Program-made: the position numbers and the translations under genes
Assembly (NCBI GenBank): GCA_963799485.1
Contig: CAWCXJ010000008.1
Coordinates: forward strand, 288,001 to 352,000
Origin: an uncultured Trueperaceae bacterium
GTDB taxonomy: Bacteria > Deinococcota > Deinococci > Deinococcales > Trueperaceae
Direction: 5' to 3'
DNA: 64,000 nt
Notes under the pieces: model-generated
What the model was told of the DNA's origin: nothing
The model's database searches: none
The model's input: the letters and a program-made list of their open reading frames with translations, nothing else
Shown here: positions 19,015 to 29,096 of the stretch, piece after piece
How the letters are laid out: each line of letters opens with the position of its first letter
How positions within the stretch are numbered: position 1 is the stretch's first letter

Positions 19015-20214
19015 GTGCGTGAGCGCGTTTCGGTGCCGCTCTGGACGGCCTATCTGGGGTTTATCGCGGTCGGCTTGTCGAACAATGTTTTGGGTGCGTC
19101 GTGGCTGGTGCTGCGTCCGGTATTCGGGCAGTCTTTGGGTGCGGTCGGGATTTTAATCGCGGCGCTGATGCTGGGGGGGTTGGCCTCGAGCGTAACGAGC
19201 GGCTGGGCGCTCGCCCGCCTGCGAACCTCGTCGTACTGCGCCGTCGGTAGTTTCCTAGCCTTTGCCGGACTGCTCGGTTATCTGGGTTCGTCGTGGACGC
19301 TTCTAGTCGTTTCGACACTCGTTTTAGGCGTCGGCGGCGGGATGCTTAACGCGGGCCTCAATACCTTCGTCGCGGCGCACTATCCCGCCAGCCGGATGAA
19401 CTGGCTGCACGCCTTTTACGGCGTGGGCTCGAGCCTCGGCCCATTTTTGTTTACGCTCTGGGCGTTGTCGCTTGGCCTACCCTGGCGCTGGGTCTATGCG
19501 GGCATTGCTGGAGTTTACCTCGTTCTTACCTTTCTGATGCTCCGCTACCGGCAGCTGTGGCCCCCGCTTCGCTTCAAGACAGTCACGGGAACTGAACAAA
19601 ATCCGGTCAAAGCCAGTTTGCGCGTTACGCTCGGCCTCGGCGTGGTGTGGCTCGGGATGGCGCTCTTTTTTATGCACACGGGCACGTCGGTCAGTACCGG
19701 GCAGCTCAGCAGCAGCCTGCTCAACCTGGGGCGGGGTGTTCCAGCCGAAGTCGCCGGAAACGCGGCGGCGCTCTACTGGGCGTGTATCACGATTGGACGG
19801 TTGCTGATGGGCGCAGTTGTCGACCGGATAGGCAGTGTGAGGCTCCTGCGCTTTTGCACGGCTGGAACCGTTGGCGGCGCTGCCGTGCTGTGGTTTGCCC
19901 CGCTGCCGCTCGTGAGTTTTCTCGGGGTCGCCGTGATGGGTCTGACGCTCGCGCCCGTTTATCCAACCTCGGTGTCACAGACTCCGGCACTCGTCGGCCC
20001 GGCCCTAAGCGCTCACGCTATCGGCGTACAGGTCGCGGCGGGGTCTTTGGGGTCGGCGGCGCTGCCGGGGGTGCTGAGCGGTGTGGCGGATTGGGGCGGC
20101 GCGGCGCTGATTGCACCGGGTCTGGTCATTTTCGCATTGCTGCAATTTATCGCGCACGAAGCGCTCTTTCGTTACGGCGCACGCAGAGCGGTTTCTACGC
20201 CGGTGAACGTCTAA
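19015..20214 (+). CDS. MFS transporter (FucP/glucose-permease-like)
   Basis: About 12 TM segments, MNWLHAFYGVG and GRLLMGAVVDRIG. Confidence 0.88.
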   Translation: MRERVSVPLWTAYLGFIAVGLSNNVLGASWLVLRPVFGQSLGAVGILIAALMLGGLASSVTSGWALARLRTSSYCAVGSFLAFAGLLGYLGSSWTLLVVSTLVLGVGGGMLNAGLNTFVAAHYPASRMNWLHAFYGVGSSLGPFLFTLWALSLGLPWRWVYAGIAGVYLVLTFLMLRYRQLWPPLRFKTVTGTEQNPVKASLRVTLGLGVVWLGMALFFMHTGTSVSTGQLSSSLLNLGRGVPAEVAGNAAALYWACITIGRLLMGAVVDRIGSVRLLRFCTAGTVGGAAVLWFAPLPLVSFLGVAVMGLTLAPVYPTSVSQTPALVGPALSAHAIGVQVAAGSLGSAALPGVLSGVADWGGAALIAPGLVIFALLQFIAHEALFRYGARRAVSTPVNV

Positions 20215-20231
20215 ATGTTTGGGAGAACGTT

Positions 20232-21314
20232 GTGAAAATCGGCGTCATCGGCTGTGGCAATATCAGCCCGCTCTATCTTGGAGCTAAAAAGTATTTTCCA
20301 AGCCTCGAGTTCGCCTTTTGCAGCGACCTGAATATGAACGTGGCGCGCTCGAGAGCTGAAAAGTTCGGGTTGGGGGCGCTTCCGGTTGCCGAGTTGCTCG
20401 AGCATCCGGATGTTGAACTTATCGTCAACCTGACCGTGCCGCAGGCGCACGCGGCGGTTTCTAAGGCAATTCTCGAGGCGGGCAAACACGTCTACAGCGA
20501 AAAACCGCTTGCCACCTCACTAGAAGATGCTCACGCACTTTTAGACTTTGCCGACGCGAAAGGCTTACGCGTTGCCTGTGCGCCCTCGACCTTTCTGGGC
20601 GCAGCTGTCCAGACCTGCCGTAAACTTCTGGATGATTCCGCCATCGGTCAACCTGTCGCCTTTCACGCGGCGATGCTCAGTCACGGCATGGAGACCTGGC
20701 ATCCGAACCCGGCCTTCTTTTACGAACCCGGCGCGGGGCCGCTGTTCGATATCGGGCCGTACTACGTCGCGGCGCTCGTGGCGCTCTTGGGGCCGGTCGC
20801 GCGCGTTGCGAGCATGAGCCGTATCAGCTTTCCGGAACGCACCATCAGCTCAGAGCCGCTTGCCGGAACGACGTTCAAGGTCACGACGCCGACGCACATC
20901 GTCAGCACGTTGGGGTTCCAAAGCGGCGTCATCGGCACGCTCACAACTTCGTTCGATGTCTGGGCCACCGAACAGCCGAAGTTTGAGGTTTACGGCGCGG
21001 ACGGCACGCTCAGTTTGGCTGCACCTAACATGATGGACGGGCCGGTGCGGGTGCGCGGGGCAGGCGAGAAAGAGTGGCGCGAAGAACCGCTCGTGCATGG
21101 GTTCGACACGCTCGAGTCCGGTTGGGGTCTGGCGCTGGCAGATTTGGTTTCAGCGATAGAACAGGGGAGACCCCACCGGGCGGACGGACGCTTTGCGCTG
21201 CACGGGCTCGAGGTTATGTTAGCTACTTTGAAAGCCTCCGAAACCGGGCAGACGGTGACGATAGAGAGCCGGTGTGAGAGGCCGGAACCACTTCAAGACG
21301 TTTCTACGCTCTAA
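20232..21314 (+). CDS. Gfo/Idh/MocA oxidoreductase
   Basis: Motifs KIGVIGCGNIS, GKHVYSEKPLA and GAGPLFDIGPYY. GTG start after a GGGAG RBS. Confidence 0.92.
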   Translation: MKIGVIGCGNISPLYLGAKKYFPSLEFAFCSDLNMNVARSRAEKFGLGALPVAELLEHPDVELIVNLTVPQAHAAVSKAILEAGKHVYSEKPLATSLEDAHALLDFADAKGLRVACAPSTFLGAAVQTCRKLLDDSAIGQPVAFHAAMLSHGMETWHPNPAFFYEPGAGPLFDIGPYYVAALVALLGPVARVASMSRISFPERTISSEPLAGTTFKVTTPTHIVSTLGFQSGVIGTLTTSFDVWATEQPKFEVYGADGTLSLAAPNMMDGPVRVRGAGEKEWREEPLVHGFDTLESGWGLALADLVSAIEQGRPHRADGRFALHGLEVMLATLKASETGQTVTIESRCERPEPLQDVSTL

Positions 21315-21334
21315 AAGTCCCCTATACTTAGCTC

Positions 21335-21550
21335 ATGCTCCGTGACTGCATCAAGGCGGCCCTTGAACGTGCCCATTACGAAATTATCGAAGATGTCGAG
21401 CCTTTTTACGGCGAAGTGCCTGAGCTGAAAGGCGTTTGGGCAATGGGGGAGACGCTCGAGGCGTGCCGTAACAACTTAAAAAGCACGCTTGAAGGTTGGC
21501 TGCTCGTGCGTCTGTCACGCAATCTCATTGTTCCGGAAATTGCATTTTAG
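21335..21550 (+). CDS. HicB-family antitoxin-like protein (no adjacent HicA)
   Basis: FYGEVPELKGVWAMGETLEACRNNL motif. Leaderless (TATACT-6nt-ATG). Confidence 0.82.
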   Translation: MLRDCIKAALERAHYEIIEDVEPFYGEVPELKGVWAMGETLEACRNNLKSTLEGWLLVRLSRNLIVPEIAF

Positions 21551-21762
21551 GCTGCGTCTTTATCAGCTTGTACCGGAATGGCCTCAACAAGCGCACGCAA
21601 AGCTTTGTTGACGGATTCTGCTGTTGTAAAAACTTTTGACAGGTCTTCGTCAAGCACAGCGACGGTTCGCCGGGGATTGTCCGAAGCGAAGCGGTTGGGC
21701 TTTGCTTTCGTGTAATCAAAATCGTATTCGGGTAGCAATTCATCAGAAGAGGGCTTCTTCAT
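21547..21762 (-). CDS. BrnA-like antitoxin
   Basis: DELLPEYDFDYTKAKPNRFA...VLDEDL...VNKALRAL. Overlaps the upstream BrnT. Confidence 0.78.
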   Translation of the reverse strand: MKKPSSDELLPEYDFDYTKAKPNRFASDNPRRTVAVLDEDLSKVFTTAESVNKALRALVEAIPVQADKDAA

Positions 21763-22021
21763 AGTCTTTTCGCTCCTTTCGGGTTGCCGGACGTGCGCTG
21801 ATAATACGAACAGCTCCCGACCTTTCGGCAAAACTGATGACCAGTATACGGTTGCGCCGAGAGTGACCGATGATAATCTCCCTCGCTTCATCTGCTGAAT
21901 GCCTTTCGTCTTCAAAGATGACCGCGAGGGGGTTGCTGAAAACTGTCTCGGCCTCTTCAAACGTGACGCCGTGCTTTAGCTCGTTTGTCGCTTCTTTGCG
22001 GGTGTCCCACTCAAAGTTCAC
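21743..22021 (-). CDS. brnT: BrnT family toxin
   Basis: FEWDTRKEATNELKHGVTFEEA...RIISARPATRKER. Confidence 0.9.
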   Translation of the reverse strand: MNFEWDTRKEATNELKHGVTFEEAETVFSNPLAVIFEDERHSADEAREIIIGHSRRNRILVISFAERSGAVRIISARPATRKERKDYEEALF

Positions 22022-22064
22022 AGCAGCATCCTAGCGTAGTGGCGTCCGCACAGCTATACAGCAG

Positions 22065-22904
22065 TCAAGACTTTTCCCACGCCTCTTTCAGCACCTCAAT
22101 ACTCTTCGGCACCGCCGTATCCGCGTGTTCTTTCCCTTCCATCTCTACCGACACATACCCCTGAAACCCGGCACTTTTAAGAATGCGGAAAACGTAAGCA
22201 AAATCTATCTCAATCGTAAACACCAGCCCACCGCCCGGATACGTTTTGGCGTGGGCCAAATCCACATACGGCGCAACCCGCTCCATCGGCCCGTACATAT
22301 CGCCGTCGTAGTAAAAGTTGCCCATATCCAAAATCGCACGGAGCCACGGCGAATCCACGCCTTCTAGAACGCGGAGCATCCCCGCTGCGGTCGTCGTCAG
22401 ACCCCAGTGGTTTTCCAAGAGCATCATCACGCCCTGCTCTTTGGCGTAATCTACACATGCGCCTAAACCTTCAATCGCCCAGGCAAACCCGTCCTCGTCG
22501 CTGAGGCCGTCCCAGGGCTGTGTCCAGCCCCGACTTTCAACCAGCCCCGGCCCACCGGGATACTGCCAGGTTCCGGCGTTGACCCGAATTGAGGGCACGC
22601 CGAGCGCGTGTGCTAAATCGATGCAGTGTTTCGTGTGCTGCACCTGTTTTTTTCGTTCAGCTTTTTCTTTGGCGATAAAGTTTTGCGACGTGCCGAGGTT
22701 GTAGAGTGCCAGCCCGCGCCGAAACGCCTGACGTTTAATGTCTTGCAGGTAGCTGTTAGATTCACTTTCCAGCTGCTGATGGAGAATCTCGAGACCCATC
22801 ACACCCGAATCGGCGGCCTTATCGACAATCACCGAAAGCGGCACCTTTTCCGGGGTGAAGTGCCAGTACGAATACGAAGAGACGCCGAGGCGCAAAGTCG
22901 TCAT
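22065..22904 (-). CDS. Sugar phosphate isomerase/epimerase (xylose-isomerase-like TIM barrel)
   Basis: Motifs LLENHWG, LDMGNF, HAKTY and GYVSVEMEG. Confidence 0.85.
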   Translation of the reverse strand: MTTLRLGVSSYSYWHFTPEKVPLSVIVDKAADSGVMGLEILHQQLESESNSYLQDIKRQAFRRGLALYNLGTSQNFIAKEKAERKKQVQHTKHCIDLAHALGVPSIRVNAGTWQYPGGPGLVESRGWTQPWDGLSDEDGFAWAIEGLGACVDYAKEQGVMMLLENHWGLTTTAAGMLRVLEGVDSPWLRAILDMGNFYYDGDMYGPMERVAPYVDLAHAKTYPGGGLVFTIEIDFAYVFRILKSAGFQGYVSVEMEGKEHADTAVPKSIEVLKEAWEKS

Positions 22905-22922
22905 AGTTTCCTTTCAAGCAAG

Positions 22923-23921
22923 CTAAAGTGCAATGGGTTTGGTCTGCTCGGCGGAGCGGTACGCGGCGAGCGCGACCTCTAGAGCTTTGAGCCCGTCCGC
23001 GCCGGTAACCGAAGGTTCACGTCCGGTTTCGATCATCTCGAGAAAATCCCGAACGAGTCCCAAGTCCGCGTCGCTGCCCCAGGGTATCCACTCGGTCTTT
23101 TGTGCCGGGGCCGAGGTCAGGGTCAACTTTTGGTCGAAGGCGTCTACGGTGACGATGCCGCGCTCGCCTAAAATCTCTATCGTGACGTCGCCCCAGGTTG
23201 GGTAAGTATCGGGCCGCGACCAGCTCGTGTCGAGCGTGCCGTACATGCCGTTTGCCAGCCGAAACGAGAGCATCCCGGCGTCGTCTATCTCGGTGTCGTG
23301 CAGGAGTCCGTGTCCGACTTCGGCGTAAACCTCTGTGACTTCGGTTTTCAGCGCCCAGCGCAACACGTCGATGACGTGGACAGTGTGGTCGATGACCGCG
23401 CCGCCGCCCGCTTTTTCCGGGTTGGCAAACCAGCCGCCCGGCATCTTGCCATGATTTGTGCATTTCGCGCTGATGAGGCGGCCTAACGCGCCGGACTCGA
23501 GTACCTCTTTAAGTTTTTGCACCGGCGGCGCAAAGCGAACCGGAAAGGCGATTTGCAGCTTGCTCCCGGCCTGCTCGCACGCTGAAATCATCTCCTGAGC
23601 CGCTTTTACGGTGGTGGCGATAGGTTTTTCGCACAAGATATTTGGGACTTTTCCGGCGGCGGCTAAAACGTGTGCCCGGTGGTTGCTGTTTTCCGAGCAG
23701 ATGGTGACGCCGTCCAAGTTCGCCGTAAAAAGCTCGTCCAGCGTGCCAAACGCCTGCGTGCCAAACTGCTCCGCCTGTTCTTTGGCTCTCGCCGCGTCAT
23801 CGTCGTAAATCCCGGCAATCCCTACGCCCAGGGTGTTTAGCGCGTTTGCGTAGCTCCGGGCGTGCATGTGGGCAAAGCTGACCATGCCGATTTTTGGGCC
23901 TGTTTTTGCGGCCTGCGTCAT
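22923..23921 (-). CDS. Gfo/Idh/MocA oxidoreductase
   Basis: Motifs ILCEKPIA and GGGAVIDHTVH. Confidence 0.9.
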   Translation of the reverse strand: MTQAAKTGPKIGMVSFAHMHARSYANALNTLGVGIAGIYDDDAARAKEQAEQFGTQAFGTLDELFTANLDGVTICSENSNHRAHVLAAAGKVPNILCEKPIATTVKAAQEMISACEQAGSKLQIAFPVRFAPPVQKLKEVLESGALGRLISAKCTNHGKMPGGWFANPEKAGGGAVIDHTVHVIDVLRWALKTEVTEVYAEVGHGLLHDTEIDDAGMLSFRLANGMYGTLDTSWSRPDTYPTWGDVTIEILGERGIVTVDAFDQKLTLTSAPAQKTEWIPWGSDADLGLVRDFLEMIETGREPSVTGADGLKALEVALAAYRSAEQTKPIAL

Positions 23922-24934
23922 GCGAGCACCTCTTCGGAAAACGTGTCTACGGTGACGGGTTGCCCCGTCTTCACCGAGGCAATCGCCGCCAGCGAAAGCT
24001 TGAGCGCCATCAGGCCGTCTTGTGGCGAAACGAGAAAAGGTTCCCCGGTGTCGAGGCAGTGCAAAACATGTTGAAGTTCTTTGTAGTACGGGTCGTCGGT
24101 GGGCACCAGCGGATTATCCGAGCCCGGAATCTTTTCATCGCCGGTTTTTGCGGCGTCAACGTGCAGGATAAAAGGCGGCGGTTCGCTCCCGCTCCACTCC
24201 AAGAGGGTACCTTCCCCGGCGACCTCCAAAGACGTGACAAACTGTCCCGGTGGCGACGCCCAGCTCCCCTCGATATGCCCGATGGCCCCGTTTTTGAACC
24301 GCAAGGTAATCAGCGACTGGTCGCGCATACTCTCACCGGCAAAGGTCAGGCCGTGCGCGAAGACCCGCTCGACCTCGCCGTAAAGCCAGTGCGCGAAGTC
24401 GAGGTCGTGAATCGACAAGTCCATGACCACGCCGCCGCCCTGCTCGAAGCTGTTGTACCAGGTGCCCGGGTCGGTGCGCGGAAAGCTCCCGGCCCGCACG
24501 GTTCGTAAAACGCCAGGTCTTCCAAGCTCGCCGCTGTCTTGCAGAGCTTTGGCCCTTTCGTACTGCGGAAAAAAGCGCACCACATGGGCGATAAAAAGCC
24601 GCACACCCGCCTTTTCACATACTTTGACCATCTCGTCGGCGTCTCTCAGGTGCCGTGCAACCGGTTTTTCGCAGATGATGTCTTTGCCCGCTGCCGCTGC
24701 TGCCAGCACACCTTCTTTGTGGGCGTAGGTCGGGGTACATACGTCAACTAAGTCGGCGGCCTCGAGCAGCTCATCCAAAGTATCAAACGCCCGCCCCCCG
24801 AACTGCTCGGCGGCGCGTTCGGCGTTCTCTAAAGTATGGTCGTAAAAACCTACTAGCTCGACCGGTAAGTTTTTCCAGCGTTCGGCGTGCCAGCTGCCGA
24901 TAAGCCCTGCGCCCACAATTCCTACACGTCTCAC
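23918..24934 (-). CDS. Gfo/Idh/MocA oxidoreductase
   Basis: Motifs VGIVGAGLIG, ICEKPVA and GGVVMDLSIHDLD. Confidence 0.9.
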   Translation of the reverse strand: MRRVGIVGAGLIGSWHAERWKNLPVELVGFYDHTLENAERAAEQFGGRAFDTLDELLEAADLVDVCTPTYAHKEGVLAAAAAGKDIICEKPVARHLRDADEMVKVCEKAGVRLFIAHVVRFFPQYERAKALQDSGELGRPGVLRTVRAGSFPRTDPGTWYNSFEQGGGVVMDLSIHDLDFAHWLYGEVERVFAHGLTFAGESMRDQSLITLRFKNGAIGHIEGSWASPPGQFVTSLEVAGEGTLLEWSGSEPPPFILHVDAAKTGDEKIPGSDNPLVPTDDPYYKELQHVLHCLDTGEPFLVSPQDGLMALKLSLAAIASVKTGQPVTVDTFSEEVLA

Positions 24935-25105
24935 ACCGCGCTCCTTTGGGTAGGTTGATACTCGAAAAACATTGTCAAATCAATGTAACACTTGAGAGAG
25001 GTATAGCACAGGTATAGCCCTGATAACTAGAGATGACGAGTCCGATTTTTTGTCGCTCTTTCCGGACAGACATCTTAAACTTTGGATATCTACTAGAGGA
25101 GAACG

Positions 25106-26614
25106 ATGTTCAACGCTTTTGTCTGGCAGCTCTACAAAGAATCTGAACGGGGTAAAAGGGCGATAGAGCATTGCTCGAGCTTCGCTAACGCTCTTTATGA
25201 CGGCGCGTACGCCGCACTATTTTTCGGTTTGTCTTTTGACGCAGTGCCGAGCGGTTATCCAGAAACGGACTCTGCCGGCGCTGAGCTTATTGGGGCAGTT
25301 CGAGACTTTGCGGCAAAAAGCTGTATCAGCACTTCTCAACAAGCTACCGATTTGTTCGAGCGTCTCGTTTCGCGCGGTTTGCCCATCCACTTTTCGGGTG
25401 AAGCTGAGCCGATGACCTTTAACAACGAGAACTTAACCGACTGCATTCAGCAGGTCTCTATCGGGCTTCATCTGGCGCACCCGGACTACTTTACGCCTTA
25501 CGGGTTTAGAACCTCGTTTGCCGACCTTTTACGGATTGGCGACCTTTTCGGGCTTGCGCTCCCCTCAGTTCCAGGTAAGAAAGACGCCGAGGGAAGAGGG
25601 CGCTACTACGGTCGGCTTAGCCGAGCTTTCTACGAGTTTCGCCGAAGCCACGACCTAAGTTCAGCTGAGATGTGCGCGTTTTTGCACGACTTCGCCCCGA
25701 GATTTTTGGTCGAGGAAGATGACGCTTTGCCTGAGCCGTCTAAAGTTTGGTTGATAACAGGGGGCACGGGAAATAACGGAGATTTTGAGTGGTTAGAAGA
25801 GGCCGTAAAAAACAAAGGCGCTTTGGATTTTTGGCAAGGCAACCTTGACACACGTCGGGGCGACGTTTTACTTATGTATTGCGTATCGCCGAACAGCTAT
25901 ATCCATTCGATTTGGCGTGTAACAACAGACGGTTTCGTTGACCCATTCTTTCACTATCACAGCACCATCTGGATTGAGCAGCCGATTAAGACGGTGCCTG
26001 TCACCTTTCGGGAAATGAAAGCAGACCCACTACTGTCTCAGAAGGGTAAGGCGCATTTGCAGGGGTCGAGCGGTAAGCCGTTCACTGTTGAGGAATACAA
26101 CGCCATCCTAGAGATTATGGCGAGTAAAGGGCAAGACATCAGCAAGCTCCCCCGACCGAAGACAGTTTCGTTTTTACCGTCCACCGAACTTAGAAACGAA
26201 CGTGATGTTGAAACCGAGCTTATTGAACCGCTACTTTTGCACCTTGGCTACACCGAAAAAGACTGGTTGCGGCAGATGCGTTTGCGGATGGGCCGAGGTG
26301 AACGCATTTATCCCGATTATGTGTTTGGCGCACAGACTAAAAGGGGCGAAGAACGTGCTGACATGGTACTCGAGGCCAAATTCACCATCAGCGGTGAAAA
26401 AACGTTACGAGAAAGCTACGTGCAAGCCGTGTCTTACGCCTACAGGTTGCGCGCCGAAGTTGTGATGTTGGGGGCTCGAGAAGGTCTCTGGCTATTCAAA
26501 CAAAAACGGGGCAGCTTTTCTCTTACATCTTTCGACTTTTACGATTGGGACGCCCTGCAGCACCCCGACAAGCTTTTTGAACTTGGGAAATTGCTTGTCA
26601 AACCCAAACGCTGA
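25106..26614 (+). CDS. Putative restriction-type endonuclease: EVE/PUA-like domain plus C-terminal HsdR-N-like PD-(D/E)XK domain
   Basis: Central WLI...WQGN...RRGDVLLMY...IHSIWRV. C-terminal NERDVETELIEPLL..LGY, PDYV, LEAK and QAVSYA. Confidence 0.7.
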   Translation: MFNAFVWQLYKESERGKRAIEHCSSFANALYDGAYAALFFGLSFDAVPSGYPETDSAGAELIGAVRDFAAKSCISTSQQATDLFERLVSRGLPIHFSGEAEPMTFNNENLTDCIQQVSIGLHLAHPDYFTPYGFRTSFADLLRIGDLFGLALPSVPGKKDAEGRGRYYGRLSRAFYEFRRSHDLSSAEMCAFLHDFAPRFLVEEDDALPEPSKVWLITGGTGNNGDFEWLEEAVKNKGALDFWQGNLDTRRGDVLLMYCVSPNSYIHSIWRVTTDGFVDPFFHYHSTIWIEQPIKTVPVTFREMKADPLLSQKGKAHLQGSSGKPFTVEEYNAILEIMASKGQDISKLPRPKTVSFLPSTELRNERDVETELIEPLLLHLGYTEKDWLRQMRLRMGRGERIYPDYVFGAQTKRGEERADMVLEAKFTISGEKTLRESYVQAVSYAYRLRAEVVMLGAREGLWLFKQKRGSFSLTSFDFYDWDALQHPDKLFELGKLLVKPKR

Positions 26615-26665
26615 ACTGTGCCCCCACCGCTCTCACCCGCACAACCCACCCCGGTACAATGACCT

Positions 26666-28156
26666 GTGAAGAAGAAGATCATCATTATCGGCAGCGGCTT
26701 CGGCGCACTCGGGGCCGCTGCTCGCCTGCTCGCCGCCGGACACGACGTAACCATGTTCGAAAAACGCGACAAGCTCGGGGGCCGCGCCTACGTCTACGAG
26801 CTGGGCGGCTTCAAGTTCGACGGCGGCCCGACGATCGTCACCGCGCCGTTTATGTTCGACGACATCTTCGAGGCGGCCGGAAAGCGCCGTGAAGACTATT
26901 TCGAGCTGGTCAAGTGCGACCCGTTCTACCGGATTTTCGACGCCGACGGGCGGCCCTTCGACTACAACGACGACGAGATGTTTACCCTCCGCGAGATTCA
27001 CGAGCGCAACCCAAAAGACAAAGAGGGCTACCTGCGCTTTATCCGTTCGACCAAGGCGATTTTTCAAAAAGGGTTTGTGGAGCTTGCCGATAAGCCTTTT
27101 TTGAGCGTGTGGGACATGCTCAAGGTCGCGCCCGACTTGGTACGTTTGCAGTCGTACAAGAGCGTGTACAAATACGCGTCGGGCTTTGTTGAGGACGAAT
27201 TCTTGCGGAAAGTCTTTTCGTTTCACCCGCTTTTGGTCGGTGGCAATCCGTTCGATACAACCTCGATTTACGCGATGATTCATTACCTCGAGCGCGAGTG
27301 GGGCGTGTGGTACGCCCTCGGCGGCACCGGCGCGATTGTCAAAGGTCTGGGGCGGCTGATTACCGAACTCGGCGGCGAAATCTACTTAAACGCCGAAGTT
27401 GACGAAATTGTCGTAGACAAGGGCGAAGGTGAGCGGCGCGTGAAAGGCGTGCGGATGCAAGACGGCAGTGTTCGCACCGCCGACGCCGTAATCTCCAACG
27501 CCGACGTCGCCTACACCTACCGCAGCATGATTGCGCCTGAACACCGCCGTAAATACACCGACAAAAAAATTGAGAACATGAAGTACGCGATGTCGCTCTT
27601 TGTCATCTATTTCGGCACCAAAAAACGCTACCTCGACACCAAGCTCAAGCACCACAACATCATTCTGGGCGAGCGCTACGAGGAGCTGCTCCAAGACATC
27701 TTTAACAAACATCACGTCGCCGAGGACTTTTCCTTGTACCTGCATATGCCGACCTACACCGACCCGAGCATGGCCCCGGAGGGCTGCGAGTCGTTTTACG
27801 TCTTGTCGCCGGTGCCGCACTTGGGTTCGGGGACGGACTGGAAGGTTGCCGCCAAACCCTACCGCGACCTCATCATGCAGTTCTTAGAGGACAACTACCT
27901 GCCGGATTTGCAGGAAAACATCGTGGTCGAACACATGATCGACCCGCTGCATTTTCAGGACACGCTCAACTCGTATCAGGGGTCGGCGTTTAGCGTGCAA
28001 CCTCTTTTGACGCAGTCGGCGTGGTTCCGGCCGCACAACCGCAGCGAGGAGTTCAGCAACCTCTACTTTGTGGGTGCGGGGACGCATCCGGGGGCGGGGT
28101 TGCCGGGGGTGTTGTCGAGTTCGAAGATCGTTGAAAACCTTATCGGGGCGGCCTAA
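26666..28156 (+). CDS. crtI: Phytoene desaturase
   Basis: Motifs [36 protein letters not shown] and [14 protein letters not shown]. Confidence 0.94.
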   Translation: MKKKIIIIGSGFGALGAAARLLAAGHDVTMFEKRDKLGGRAYVYELGGFKFDGGPTIVTAPFMFDDIFEAAGKRREDYFELVKCDPFYRIFDADGRPFDYNDDEMFTLREIHERNPKDKEGYLRFIRSTKAIFQKGFVELADKPFLSVWDMLKVAPDLVRLQSYKSVYKYASGFVEDEFLRKVFSFHPLLVGGNPFDTTSIYAMIHYLEREWGVWYALGGTGAIVKGLGRLITELGGEIYLNAEVDEIVVDKGEGERRVKGVRMQDGSVRTADAVISNADVAYTYRSMIAPEHRRKYTDKKIENMKYAMSLFVIYFGTKKRYLDTKLKHHNIILGERYEELLQDIFNKHHVAEDFSLYLHMPTYTDPSMAPEGCESFYVLSPVPHLGSGTDWKVAAKPYRDLIMQFLEDNYLPDLQENIVVEHMIDPLHFQDTLNSYQGSAFSVQPLLTQSAWFRPHNRSEEFSNLYFVGAGTHPGAGLPGVLSSSKIVENLIGAA

Positions 28157-28295
28157 AATCGTCCCCGTAAAATGCTGGTTTGTAGGCTGAAAGAATACGT
28201 GAACGGCTGAGACGTACTATCAATAGGGCGACGCGTCGCGTTCGCAGTGTGTTTTTGCCGTACATCTTTTACGGGGCGCAGGTGAGGAGAAAACG

Positions 28296-28679
28296 ATGGA
28301 AAGCCGTGCGTTTAGACGTGACTTGAAAGCTTTACGGCGTGAGTTGGAGGAACTCCAGGAAACCCTGGAAGACTTGGGCGAATCGGGCAGTGAGGCCGCT
28401 AAAAGCGCCTTAAACGAGATGAAAGGGAGTCTCGAGGCCAAACTCAGAGACGTTTTCAGCTCGGTCAAGGACACCTCTCAGGGAACGGAAAGCCGGGGCC
28501 AGAGCTTTTTCCGGGACGCCGAACAAGGGGGTAAAAGGTTTACAAAACGCGCTGAATACCGGGGTAAAGGCGCATTTTACGAGGCCCGGCCCGGCAATGC
28601 GACTCGGGGTACCGGGGCGGCGTCTCTCGTGGGTTTCGGTCTCGGGTTTGCGGTGGGCTGGCTGTTGGCTCGGCGCTAA
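28296..28679 (+). CDS. ElaB/YqjD/DUF883-like tail-anchored protein
   Basis: Coiled N-terminus and a C-terminal hydrophobic anchor ending GFAVGWLLARR. Confidence 0.6.
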   Translation: MESRAFRRDLKALRRELEELQETLEDLGESGSEAAKSALNEMKGSLEAKLRDVFSSVKDTSQGTESRGQSFFRDAEQGGKRFTKRAEYRGKGAFYEARPGNATRGTGAASLVGFGLGFAVGWLLARR

Positions 28680-28694
28680 GCGTTTACCGGTTTC

Positions 28695-28725
28695 AAAGAG
28701 ACCACCGTAAAACGGTCTCTTTTTT
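28695..28725. terminator. Bidirectional terminator
   Basis: AAAGAGACC...GGTCTCTTT(TTT) between convergent genes. Confidence 0.6.
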
Positions 28726-28772
28726 GGCAGTCGGCTGCCGCTCTGCTCGTTCGCTACGTTTTACGGTGGCTG

Positions 28773-29096
28773 TTAAAACACCGCTTGCAGCGCCCAGAGG
28801 GCAATCATGCCTGCTAAAAGCGTCCAGATGATGCTTTTGGTGTACCACGCCACGACGCTCGCCACGAGTCCGGCCATGAGTTTTTCGTTGCTGAGGGTGA
28901 GCTCGAGCGCACCCTCCCGAAACACAATCGCCGGCACGACAATCGCCGGAAGCACCGCCACCGGCACGAACCGGAGCGCCCGCTGCACCACCGGCGGCAA
29001 CCTGAGGCGATCTGACAACGCGATAAACGACACGCGCAGCGCAAAGGTAATAAGTCCCATCGCCAGCATCGTCCACCAGAGTGTTGTTCCGCTCAT
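28773..29096 (-). CDS. azlD: AzlD-family membrane protein
   Basis: TFALRVSF...ALRFVPVAVLPAIV. Coupled to AzlC. Confidence 0.85.
   Translation of the reverse strand: MSGTTLWWTMLAMGLITFALRVSFIALSDRLRLPPVVQRALRFVPVAVLPAIVVPAIVFREGALELTLSNEKLMAGLVASVVAWYTKSIIWTLLAGMIALWALQAVF

Noticed and set aside
19647..20231. 555-aa ORF suggesting an N-terminally extended oxidoreductase
   Set aside because: The extension overlaps the MFS gene in another frame. The real start is the GTG at 20232 with an RBS.
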